Source: a virus (Duplodnaviria; Caudoviricetes). Taken from it: a DNA stretch of 64,000 bases. Of this stretch, positions 19,840 through 27,835 are shown piece by piece. The notes under the pieces are model-generated. The model worked only from the letters and a program-made list of their open reading frames with translations, was not told the DNA's origin and searched no databases. Where the stretch lies: IMG/VR virus record IMGVR_UViG_3300044611_001018, one strand, 5' to 3'. The number at the start of each line of letters is the position of its first letter. The stretch's first letter is position 1. A program made the translations under genes and the position numbers.

Positions 19840-20450
19840 TGGGCATCAATACTAGATACATCTCTTTCAGGAGAGAAAGTTCTCATTCCAATATTACCAG
19901 CATACCACCCAGTTGCAATATACTTATTAACTGGTGTGGGATTACCCCTATGCAGATGAGTAAAAGATCCAGGCCAAATTGCAACTCTACCTAATTTTGG
20001 CTTTACTTTTACCCCCTGATATAAAAATTCAGTTTCTCCACCATCTTCAATATCATTAAAGTACACTGTCCAAGCAAGAGTTCTTTCTTTTGTTATCCAT
20101 GTTGTATTTTCTGCATGGAAAGAATGATAACCACCACGCCTTGGTTCCGTTTTTTGAAGAAGAACTGTACAACTATGGTAACTAAATTGTTTTAAATAAG
20201 GGTATGAATCAATATATTGATTCATACAGAAGTCAATTCCTCCCATCAAATAGTTTGCCTCAGATGGAGAAAATGCACTAAGGCATACTTGCTTATCTGT
20301 AACAAAACTATAATTTCTAGAATTAATGAATGAAGTATTATCAATATAATTAATAATAAAATCACAGAATTCTTGATCAAATACATTATCCCAAACACCA
20401 ATAAAGTTATCTAAAACTGAATTAGTTGGTGTAGATTTTTTGTTTTCCAT
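19836..20450 (-). CDS. 2OG-Fe(II) oxygenase
   Basis: FHAE, VYFND..GGETEF, FTHLHRG, KYIATGW. Confidence 0.85.
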   Translation of the reverse strand: MENKKSTPTNSVLDNFIGVWDNVFDQEFCDFIINYIDNTSFINSRNYSFVTDKQVCLSAFSPSEANYLMGGIDFCMNQYIDSYPYLKQFSYHSCTVLLQKTEPRRGGYHSFHAENTTWITKERTLAWTVYFNDIEDGGETEFLYQGVKVKPKLGRVAIWPGSFTHLHRGNPTPVNKYIATGWYAGNIGMRTFSPERDVSSIDAQ

Positions 20451-20465
20451 AAAAACCAAAGAAGG

Positions 20466-20600
20466 ACGCGCCACCTAGTTTTGACTGAACTAGGAAACAG
20501 GCGGGAGAGATTCCCATCCGCACCAGTCGGCATATTTAAAGTCCATCCGACGAGGACATAAGGGGTCAGATTGACTCCACCACTTAGTTTTAAGAAACTA
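20466..20600 (-). ncRNA. manA/wcaG-type cyanophage structured RNA
   Basis: Three hairpin-TGGYG units (CTTAGTTT/AAACTAAG, GTCGG/CCGAC, CCTAGTT/AACTAGG); family recalled, not searched. Confidence 0.6.
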
Positions 20601-20817
20601 AGAAAAGTTGGGTTAACTTTGATATTTCGGAGATACCAAAGAATGCACATAAAAACAGCACATCCCAAAGTTTAAGTTTGATAGCAAAAGGAATTGTGAG
20701 AAGACCTCCAATAACTTTAATCATCAAACCATATTTAAATTCTCCCCATAACATAGTTTGATAACCAATTATAAGAAGAATGTTTCCAATCCACCGAAGT
20801 AAATCAGATTTAGACAT
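20590..20817 (-). CDS. Small 3-TM membrane protein
   Basis: 75 aa, hydrophobic helices. Confidence 0.65.
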   Translation of the reverse strand: MSKSDLLRWIGNILLIIGYQTMLWGEFKYGLMIKVIGGLLTIPFAIKLKLWDVLFLCAFFGISEISKLTQLFLVS

Positions 20818-20861
20818 AAGGGGTTGCTCCCGACCAGGGCACTTTTATAGTCATTCCGAGA

Positions 20862-21077
20862 CTAGGCAACTTCAATTTGCTCAAGATCTTGAACCAGACA
20901 ATCAATGAGAATATCATAATCATCTAGAGGATCTCCAGAAAAGACTACACCTTCATTTTCATAATAACGACGGACTTTTTTAAAGAGTTTTGGGTTTTTT
21001 ACATCTAGGTAAAAATCACCGTTTGCAGCACCACGAAGAGTTTGCACATCTTTTTTAAATTTTTCTGTGAGAGTCAT
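20862..21077 (-). CDS. Small hypothetical protein
   Basis: Start MTLTEKF lies downstream of TTGACA-N17-TATACT promoter at 21100-21128. Confidence 0.65.
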   Translation of the reverse strand: MTLTEKFKKDVQTLRGAANGDFYLDVKNPKLFKKVRRYYENEGVVFSGDPLDDYDILIDCLVQDLEQIEVA

Positions 21078-21129
21078 TGCTTTGAATGTTGACCTTAATA
21101 GTATAAGGGTTTGACAGTTATCTGTCAAG

Positions 21130-21202
21130 TGCTCCTTGCGTGGATCGAACACGCCTCAGGCGAATTATGAGTTCGCTGCATTCACCAGATTGCTAAAGGA
21201 GC
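21130..21202 (-). tRNA. tRNA with CAT anticodon (Met or Ile2/lysidine type)
   Basis: GCTCCTT/AAGGAGC acceptor, GCGAA-CTCATAA-TTCGC arm, GTTCGA T-loop. Confidence 0.9.
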
Positions 21203-21335
21203 AAGTGGGGATAGTCGAACTTCACCCAATTTGGGCAAAGTCCTCGGACCCTGCCCAACCATCCCCATACGACGCTACGGAAGATATCCGTAGTAGAAGT
21301 TGGCGTCTACTTAGTTAATCGCTAAGGACTACCAA
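21203..21335 (-). ncRNA. Unassigned structured RNA between two tRNAs
   Basis: 12-bp and 9-bp stems with four G-U pairs on minus strand; AACTTC/GAAGTT possible pseudoknot. Confidence 0.55.
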
Positions 21336-21407
21336 TAGGACTGCTGAGAATTGAACTCAGTTCACACCGTTATAAGCAGTGGGCCTTAACCAATAGGCGA
21401 CAGTCCC
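21336..21407 (-). tRNA. tRNA-Ile(TAT)
   Basis: Cloverleaf, CACTG-CTTATAA-CGGTG arm. Confidence 0.9.
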
Positions 21408-21411
21408 TCGA

Positions 21412-21909
21412 TTAAAAATAGTTAACTATTACAATAGATCTAAAAAAAGAATCCGTGCAAGTTGTACTACAATGATTTTTACTTGGATCAAAGAATAGTG
21501 CTCTATTCTCTATTGATTCTACTTTAGTTCCATCTTCCAAAATAGTAAATCCATTATTAGTATTCAAATAAACTATCAATCCAAAATGTTCATATGGATA
21601 ATCTATATGCATCCCATGCTGGACAATTTTATTTGTTTTTGGATAGACATTTGCTCTTGCTCTAATAATTGCTTTTGGATTTATTTTTTCAAAGATTGGG
21701 TTTAAAGATCCAAAGTATTGACTAGAAATATTGTAGTCTGTATAAAACGTGTGGGTAAAATAAATTCCTTCATCATTGTAAGTATTCTTTGTTGATATTC
21801 CATGATTTAAAAACCAAGGAATTGTATTATTTCCCACAATTGTTTTTTTAAAATGTTCAAAAATTGATGGTTCAATAAAGTTATCAATAATTTTTGTTGA
21901 CTGGTCCAT
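21412..21909 (-). CDS. 2OG-Fe(II) oxygenase-like protein
   Basis: HIDY, VYLNTNNGFT, NHCSTT. Confidence 0.75.
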   Translation of the reverse strand: MDQSTKIIDNFIEPSIFEHFKKTIVGNNTIPWFLNHGISTKNTYNDEGIYFTHTFYTDYNISSQYFGSLNPIFEKINPKAIIRARANVYPKTNKIVQHGMHIDYPYEHFGLIVYLNTNNGFTILEDGTKVESIENRALFFDPSKNHCSTTCTDSFFRSIVIVNYF

Positions 21910-21932
21910 AGTAACAGATGGTCTTATGGTTG

Positions 21933-22130
21933 TCAAGGTGCTTCGTTGTGGTCAGTGTATATTCGTATCAATTCTTCATCTGCTGGCATGAGCACTGCTT
22001 CACCATACTCACTAGTGATGATAAAAGACTTCATTTCCTTTTCAACCAAATTCATTAAGTTATCAAAATCTGCTTGAAACTCTTCCACAGTATACCTCTT
22101 TAAACTACCAAGTTCCTTTTCGATACTCAT
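21933..22130 (-). CDS. Small protein resembling Phd/YefM antitoxin fold
   Basis: YTVEEFQADFDNLM...FIITSEYGEAVLMP; start trimmed to MSIEKE. Confidence 0.45.
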   Translation of the reverse strand: MSIEKELGSLKRYTVEEFQADFDNLMNLVEKEMKSFIITSEYGEAVLMPADEELIRIYTDHNEAP

Positions 22131-22812
22131 CATCAACCTCCGCAGGACAAAGATATTGTACTTTATTATTTTTATATGGGATATAATCCCAATTTTCTGG
22201 TCTCCAATGAAAGTACATGTTCCTATAATAATCTCCTTGAAATGGAGTATATCTAGAGTGAACACATAGACTCTCATATAATAACATGTCACCAGGTTCA
22301 AAAACAACCTTGTGTCTAACACCATCATGATCCCAAAAATCTAAAGGCCAATTTGTATTTTTGGGTTGCTCGTCAATAAAAATTATACAACTAATAATAT
22401 GAGTTTTTATTTCATCTCGGTGTAAACATAATATTGAGTCTTTTGGATAACTTCTTATTCCATAACCCGTGCTATATTTTAATTTTTGATGAGACCATTC
22501 TTCCAATATTGGTTGAAGAATATCCGCCCATTCTTTTAATTTTTCTGTGGGAATATGGTTTATATGGGTATAAGGATTTTTAATTCTTTTAGGGTCACCT
22601 AAAGGATTTCTAAATGCTATCGAACCAGCCGTAATGTGTTCTCCGTATTTAGGATCATAATGAGAATTGGTAGAATCTTCTTTTTGTGAGAAGTCGCAAG
22701 TATTATAAAAATTCAATATTTCAGAATATAAATTCTCTGGAACCCTGACCAGTTTAAACGGATTATCTGCAAAACTTGGCCACTTCATTTTAATTTGGGA
22801 CCATACATCCAA
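22105..22812 (-). CDS. 2OG-Fe(II) oxygenase-like protein
   Basis: LHRD, PGDMLLYE, HSR. Confidence 0.75.
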   Translation of the reverse strand: MDVWSQIKMKWPSFADNPFKLVRVPENLYSEILNFYNTCDFSQKEDSTNSHYDPKYGEHITAGSIAFRNPLGDPKRIKNPYTHINHIPTEKLKEWADILQPILEEWSHQKLKYSTGYGIRSYPKDSILCLHRDEIKTHIISCIIFIDEQPKNTNWPLDFWDHDGVRHKVVFEPGDMLLYESLCVHSRYTPFQGDYYRNMYFHWRPENWDYIPYKNNKVQYLCPAEVDDEYRKGTW

Positions 22813-23396
22813 GTAACCAAAGATACTCTTCTTCCTCTTGTTACTGGAGTAACTCTATGAGGAATTCTTGAATCAAATACAATAACAGATCCTTTTTCTT
22901 TTGGTGCCTGTATAATATTGCCATGATAGTCTATGAATTCTAAGTCACCACCATCATATTCAGAAGGGTCACTAACTAAAACACTTGCACTAAGTTTTCT
23001 AGTCCACTTCCCATTTTTTGAAGTTCCATAATCACTATGCCAACCATAGTGTCCATTTTCAAGATATACTGAGATTTGTATACTTTCAAGTAAATTCAAA
23101 TCATATTCCCAATACTTTCTATTAGATAAACCAATATAATAAGAAATTACACTACATGCCCAATGGTCTTCAAACCACCAATTGATTTTAGAATTTCTAA
23201 TTTTTGGGTCTATCCGACCATTATCCTCACCACCAACACCAGCATCTTCAAATGGAACTTTAAATTCTTCCATCTCTTTCAATTCTTTGACCATAAGATC
23301 TACCAAATCTTCTGGAAGAACTTCTCTATGATAAACTAATGGAGAATCTGCAAGAACATGTGGTTCTTGACCGTTTATTTTAATACTTTTATCCAT
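22785..23396 (-). CDS. 2OG-Fe(II) oxygenase (prolyl hydroxylase/PKHD-like)
   Basis: WHSD, RKLS, YDGGDLEF, PHRVTPVTRGRRVSLVTW. Confidence 0.9.
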   Translation of the reverse strand: MDKSIKINGQEPHVLADSPLVYHREVLPEDLVDLMVKELKEMEEFKVPFEDAGVGGEDNGRIDPKIRNSKINWWFEDHWACSVISYYIGLSNRKYWEYDLNLLESIQISVYLENGHYGWHSDYGTSKNGKWTRKLSASVLVSDPSEYDGGDLEFIDYHGNIIQAPKEKGSVIVFDSRIPHRVTPVTRGRRVSLVTWMYGPKLK

Positions 23397-23423
23397 GAAT
23401 TAAAAGAACAAATATTGTCCAAG

Positions 23424-23498
23424 TCGGGGTGAAAGGATTTGAACCTTCGGCCCCTGCTTCCCAAAAGCAGTGCTCTATCCAAACTGAGCTACACCCCG
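23424..23498 (-). tRNA. tRNA-Pro(TGG)
   Basis: Cloverleaf, CTGCT-TTTGGGA-AGCAG; own TTGACA-N17-TATAAT promoter at 23517-23545. Confidence 0.95.
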
Positions 23499-23541
23499 TT
23501 GACTTGGTATGAGGATATTATACATCCTCATAATTTTGTTG

Positions 23542-24138
23542 TCAAGCGTTTAAGACTTCCTCTCTTATATATGAAGCAATCAATACCCCTCGACGAGTAT
23601 CTGACTTATTATAAGCATAATGTTCTGATAATTTTTCATCAAATAAATTTAAGTCTCCATTTTTAAGAAGACGTTCTTCTCCATTAACAACCAATGCTGA
23701 AGGTCCATCGCTTGGAATATCTAAACTAAAATGATACTTTATTACACTTGAATGTAAAAAGTTATCATCAATTCTTTCATCTCCATCAGAATGGGGACTA
23801 ATTTCAACTCCTGGTTCAAGAATAGAAAATACAGCAAGAACTGGTTTAATTGATTGACTAAGTAATATTCTTACTGTCTCAGACTGTTGTACTTGAAGAG
23901 GTGTCCTTAAAATTTGCTGTCTATTAAAAATTAATGGACACACTTTCCAGGGAAAATTTGGAGTGTATGTTGGAACAAACCCCAAAAAATTATTATCTAA
24001 TGAAGTTAAATTGTATGTATGAGAATAATCTATAAAATAATTACAATCCCTAAATTCAATATAATCACTTTTAATTTGAGAGTAATTAGATGTAAAAATA
24101 GAAGTTTGTATTTTACTCAATTTTGGTTCAATAAACAT
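23542..24138 (-). CDS. Aspartyl/asparaginyl beta-hydroxylase-like oxygenase
   Basis: WKVCPL, FSILEPG, PHSD, H.AYN...RGVLI. Confidence 0.75.
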   Translation of the reverse strand: MFIEPKLSKIQTSIFTSNYSQIKSDYIEFRDCNYFIDYSHTYNLTSLDNNFLGFVPTYTPNFPWKVCPLIFNRQQILRTPLQVQQSETVRILLSQSIKPVLAVFSILEPGVEISPHSDGDERIDDNFLHSSVIKYHFSLDIPSDGPSALVVNGEERLLKNGDLNLFDEKLSEHYAYNKSDTRRGVLIASYIREEVLNA

Positions 24139-24548
24139 TATTTAATATAATAATTTTTATTATTTATGGGGTTATAACCCACTACCATTCCTAAACCCAT
24201 ACACGTATCCCACAATAAGACCACACATAAACACAATAAAAATCAAAACTTGTTTACCAAGAAACTCAATAAGTTCCTGCCATTCCATAGTCATCATCGT
24301 CCTCATAAGTTGATGGTTCTTCAAACAACTCAGACATCTTTTGTTGTTTAACTAGTTCTTGCAATTCCTTTAAATCTTCTTCTGTAAGCGATATCATTTG
24401 TCCTTGAGTAATTCTTCTATTCTTTTACGCATATTTGTGCTATCTTGTTTCAAATAGTCCCGAAGAGAATATCCTCGGTGACCCTTCATAATACAAGTGC
24501 CCTGATAAAACATCGTGGCAGCAAATACTAACAGAAAAACTATTCCAA

Positions 24549-24767
24549 TTATTTCAAGGTGATATTGAGCCATGGTAGTAGAGGTGGTATTACTCCAATA
24601 AGTCGAAGAAGACCTTCAGCAAAAAGTGAAAGAACAACCCAACCAACACACATTGAAATAACCGAAGCATTACGATTATGTCTTCGTATGGCATCATCAA
24701 TCATCTCCTGACACTGCTTCTGTGTCACATAATGTTCTGAATTTATTTTAGTCATTCTGTGGACCAC
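24549..24767 (-). CDS. Small membrane protein
   Basis: C-terminal TM helix, operon context. Confidence 0.6.
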   Translation of the reverse strand: MVHRMTKINSEHYVTQKQCQEMIDDAIRRHNRNASVISMCVGWVVLSLFAEGLLRLIGVIPPLLPWLNITLK

Positions 24768-25008
24768 GGAACTCGTCTTGCTCTAATTGGGTCAATCTCC
24801 TTTCCCATGTTATCCCACTTGTTGAACCTTTGCATGGATTTATGCAGGTTTCATCACCAAAGTTATTACATACAAGACCTGCAAGATCATGTGGGTCACC
24901 TTCTTTCCCAGTACCAGACCAATAATGCTGCCCATTCAACCAAATGGCACCACACTTAGGACATTCCTTCCTATCAATAGACAGGTCGGACAGTTCTTTA
25001 TTATTCAT
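24748..25008 (-). CDS. Small Cys-rich (Zn-binding-like) protein
   Basis: CPKC...CN...CINPC. Confidence 0.6.
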   Translation of the reverse strand: MNNKELSDLSIDRKECPKCGAIWLNGQHYWSGTGKEGDPHDLAGLVCNNFGDETCINPCKGSTSGITWERRLTQLEQDEFRGPQND

Positions 25009-25240
25009 TAGGATAATCCTTTAGAAATTTTTCGTAGCTCTTTGTGTCTTTAATTAGCTGACGCTTTAATTTCCATCCTAAAACTTTCATTTGCATCCGA
25101 ATAAAAAAGTGACGCAATTCAAGATCCAGATATGTAAAAACTCTCATGGTCCCTTCAAGTCCTGCATAGGCAACCATAAGTCCAAGGATTATTATTGTTA
25201 TATAAAATCCTAGTAAAGGAGTTGTTGTAGATGGGTCCAT
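25001..25240 (-). CDS. Small membrane protein
   Basis: N-terminal TM helix; TTGACA-N17-TACAAT promoter upstream. Confidence 0.55.
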   Translation of the reverse strand: MDPSTTTPLLGFYITIIILGLMVAYAGLEGTMRVFTYLDLELRHFFIRMQMKVLGWKLKRQLIKDTKSYEKFLKDYPNE

Positions 25241-25356
25241 TAAGGCACAGTGCTACGTGTACTTACAAATTGTATATAGGTAATACAATAATGTCAACGT
25301 CTCATTAGTATCTCCTGATACTAAGTTTAATAACAATCAAAAGAAATAGTTAAAAA

Positions 25357-25442
25357 CGGAAGCGGTAGGATTTGAACCCACGAACGCTGTTAACGTTGGT
25401 TGTTTTCAAGACAACTGCCATAAACCACTCGGCCACGCTTCC
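25357..25442 (-). tRNA. tRNA-Ser(TGA)
   Basis: Long variable arm, GTTGT-CTTGAAA-ACAAC; own promoter at 25460-25488. Confidence 0.95.
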
Positions 25443-25490
25443 AGTATTTGATTTCTTATAGTATAATATATCTATATTATTTTGTCAAAC

Positions 25491-26090
25491 ATGAACATAG
25501 ATGAATATCTTTTAAGTCTAGGATATGACGATAAAGAGACCTTATACGAACCTGGTAAGAAGTTATCTATAAAAATTCCATTTGATTTTAATGGTAAAAG
25601 AATTAATATCTGCCCATACATTGTTCCATATTATAGCAAAAAAAGTTACATAGCAGCAGAATATAATTACTCAGTTTACTACGACAATCCAGAAGTAACC
25701 AAACAAAAAATTCTAAATTTAATCAAATACATTAAATATCCAGAACCAGGTAGAGTTGGTGATATTGGATGGGAAGCAGAATATCTTGTAGACCCCAGAG
25801 AATTTACTGCTGAAGAAAGAGCACGTATTGTTGTATCTAGTTTTAAAAAATTTAGAACCTTAATTTTAAAAGGTGAATGGTTGGACGGAATCAGAGCACA
25901 ACCAGGTGATATTGTAGCATCTAAACCAATAGGAATTAAATTTGATATGGGATTTAATGAAGAATCGGAAAAAGAAGGAACTCTCCAAAGAAGCATACTT
26001 TCAAAAAAAGTATTCAGGTTTGGAGAGTTAAAAGAAGATGGAATGCAATATTCAATTATTGGAGAAGATTTAGATATGCATCCTATCTAA
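25491..26090 (+). CDS. AT-rich hypothetical protein on opposite strand
   Basis: Long ORF; no family recognised. Confidence 0.6.
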   Translation: MNIDEYLLSLGYDDKETLYEPGKKLSIKIPFDFNGKRINICPYIVPYYSKKSYIAAEYNYSVYYDNPEVTKQKILNLIKYIKYPEPGRVGDIGWEAEYLVDPREFTAEERARIVVSSFKKFRTLILKGEWLDGIRAQPGDIVASKPIGIKFDMGFNEESEKEGTLQRSILSKKVFRFGELKEDGMQYSIIGEDLDMHPI

Positions 26091-26334
26091 CTTCAAAGTC
26101 CAACTTACGGACTTTCCTTTGCCTTCTACTTTCTTGCCAAGAAATATCATCAGAAGATAAGACTCCAATATTTTTATTTGGGGTCTTAGTACTTTCAATA
26201 ATAATGACTTGACTAAGGTCATTTGCAAAAATAGTATCATTCTTAATAGATGTCATATTAGGACATCCACAAGAAATAGTTTTTGCAACATGAGCTTGCA
26301 GTTCTTTATTGCAAGATTTACAACGTATTAACAT
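26083..26334 (-). CDS. Small Zn-ribbon-like protein
   Basis: CKSC...CGC. Confidence 0.65.
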   Translation of the reverse strand: MLIRCKSCNKELQAHVAKTISCGCPNMTSIKNDTIFANDLSQVIIIESTKTPNKNIGVLSSDDISWQESRRQRKVRKLDFEVR

Positions 26335-26361
26335 TTTATCAAACCATATATTAAATATGTA

Positions 26362-26433
26362 TGGGCGAAGAGGGGATCGAACCCCCGACCGACTGGGTGT
26401 AAACCAGTAGCTCTACCGCTGAGCTATTCGCCC
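26362..26433 (-). tRNA. tRNA-Val(TAC)
   Basis: Cloverleaf, ACTGG-TTTACAC-CCAGT. Confidence 0.96.
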
Positions 26434-26614
26434 TTAATGAGTAGTGAGTGCCCACCACTCGCGGAAGACACTTTCCGCAAAAGCTTCACTTTCGTGAAGA
26501 GTCAATAGACACGCTATTGACATGTTTTTTGTTACTGGCGGGGGTGATCAAGTCCCCGACCTAAGCGAACTTAGGATTTAGTAAGGAAGACCCAGACATT
26601 TCTAGACCTTCCAA
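26434..26614 (-). ncRNA. Unassigned seven-hairpin RNA between tRNA-Asn and tRNA-Val
   Basis: Back-to-back hairpins with GAAA and TTCG tetraloops and G-U pairs only on minus strand. Confidence 0.65.
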
Positions 26615-26686
26615 CTGCCCAGCCTGGGATCGAACCAGGGACCAATCGATTAACAGTCGATAGCTCTACCGCTGAGCTACTAGGCA
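26615..26686 (-). tRNA. tRNA-Asn(GTT)
   Basis: Cloverleaf, ATCGA-CTGTTAA-TCGAT; promoter at 26715-26743. Confidence 0.96.
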
Positions 26687-26757
26687 TTATATTTTTTTAT
26701 TTAATCACCTATAAATGTTATCACACTTATTTTAAATTGTCAAGTAGGTTTTTTTAT

Positions 26758-27456
26758 TTAGAGTAAATCATCAATCTTAACTTTTTGATCAAAGCATAAA
26801 CAATACCTTGGGGTTGACAAAGTATTATAAACCATATGAGTAGTATTTCCCCAAAAAAACATAAATTTATTATTTTCAAAATATTCACTAAATACTCCCT
26901 TTTGAGTATTCAATGCCAAAAATGCATACTCATCTTTAGATGATTGAACGTCTAATCCCCACAAACCCCTAATAGTGATGTAATCATCATCAGAAGGATC
27001 ATTATCTACATGCCAGTCAATTGCTTTACCTGGATAAACAACACTAATACCAACCCTTTGTCTTAAACCAGACTGATAAGAAACATTAGTTAAAGTTGGT
27101 AGATATTCTGCATTATCGCTGTAAATAATATCTCTTTCATAATCTATATGAGCCTTGGTTTTGTAAACATGCTCATAGTAATGTCTATTCTGTTCAATAT
27201 AATTATTATATTCAAGATATAATGCAGCAACTTGCCACCCATCATATGGGTTTGATTTTACAGACGTGTAATAATTATTACCTGCCCAATTTGTCCAAAT
27301 AAGTTTATCCTTATTTTGATTAAACTCTTCAACAATTGATTGATAATTGTCAGAGAGGAGTTTAAGTTCAGGATTTATTTCTTCTAAAGAATAAAATCTT
27401 CCCATAATAGTATGAAATATCAGTAATGGATCTGGTGATATATGTAACATACTCAA
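26758..27456 (-). CDS. AspH-like 2OG oxygenase
   Basis: WQVAAL, ISVVYPG, WHVD, THMVYN...RYCL. Confidence 0.7.
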   Translation of the reverse strand: MSMLHISPDPLLIFHTIMGRFYSLEEINPELKLLSDNYQSIVEEFNQNKDKLIWTNWAGNNYYTSVKSNPYDGWQVAALYLEYNNYIEQNRHYYEHVYKTKAHIDYERDIIYSDNAEYLPTLTNVSYQSGLRQRVGISVVYPGKAIDWHVDNDPSDDDYITIRGLWGLDVQSSKDEYAFLALNTQKGVFSEYFENNKFMFFWGNTTHMVYNTLSTPRYCLCFDQKVKIDDLL

Positions 27457-27466
27457 TTATTAGTTA

Positions 27467-27539
27467 TGGAGAATAGCGGACTCGAACCGCTGACATCCTG
27501 CTTGCAAAGCAGGCGCTCTACCAACTGAGCTAATTCCCC
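27467..27539 (-). tRNA. tRNA-Ala(TGC)
   Basis: GGGGAATTAGCTCAG..., G3-U70 pair, CCTGC-TTTGCAA-GCAGG. Confidence 0.96.
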
Positions 27540-27616
<77 letters not shown>

Positions 27617-27624
27617 ATAAGACA

Positions 27625-27653
27625 ATTATACCAGTGATGGATTTAATTGTCAA
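27625..27653 (-). promoter_or_regulatory. Consensus sigma70 promoter for tRNA-Arg/Ala
   Basis: TTGACA-N17-TATAAT. Confidence 0.9.
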
Positions 27654-27655
27654 GG

Positions 27656-27737
27656 TGGGCAGGGAGGGATTTGAACCCCCGTAGGCAGAGCCAGCGGATT
27701 TACAGTCCGCCTCCATTAACCACTCGGACACCTACCC
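27656..27737 (-). tRNA. tRNA-Tyr(GTA)
   Basis: Long variable arm, GCGGA-CTGTAAA-TCCGC. Confidence 0.96.
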
Positions 27738-27835
27738 ATGTGGACACTGACCTGATGGTTACTCTTTCTGCGGAGGGAGGCGTCAGTTTTTTATATCCAA
27801 GCAAGCACCTTGCTGGAGTCCATGTGGTAATGATA

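Noticed and set aside
21206-21267. tRNA-like or tmRNA-like domain (7-bp acceptor-like stem plus GTTCGA)
   Set aside because: No proper T-stem, D-arm or CCA; better explained by the 12-bp stem reported above.
21136-21318. ORFs overlapping tRNA genes (also 23439..23666, 27647..27898, and the extended start of 20862..21152)
   Set aside because: Artefacts of reading through tRNA sequence.
23499-23545. Inverted repeat TATGAGGAT/ATCCTCATA with facing TTGAC/GTCAA as a novel operator
   Set aside because: Adequately explained by overlapping or bidirectional sigma70 promoter symmetry; seen in only a couple of places.
26434-26614. HDV-like theta ribozyme at a tRNA 3' trailer
   Set aside because: Could not build the nested P1/P2/P3/P1.1 pseudoknot or the catalytic-C junction directly after any tRNA; a descriptor search would settle it.
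27740-27825. Hammerhead ribozyme (CTGA..., GAAA)
   Set aside because: The core CUGANGA and GAAA are not both present in register on either strand.
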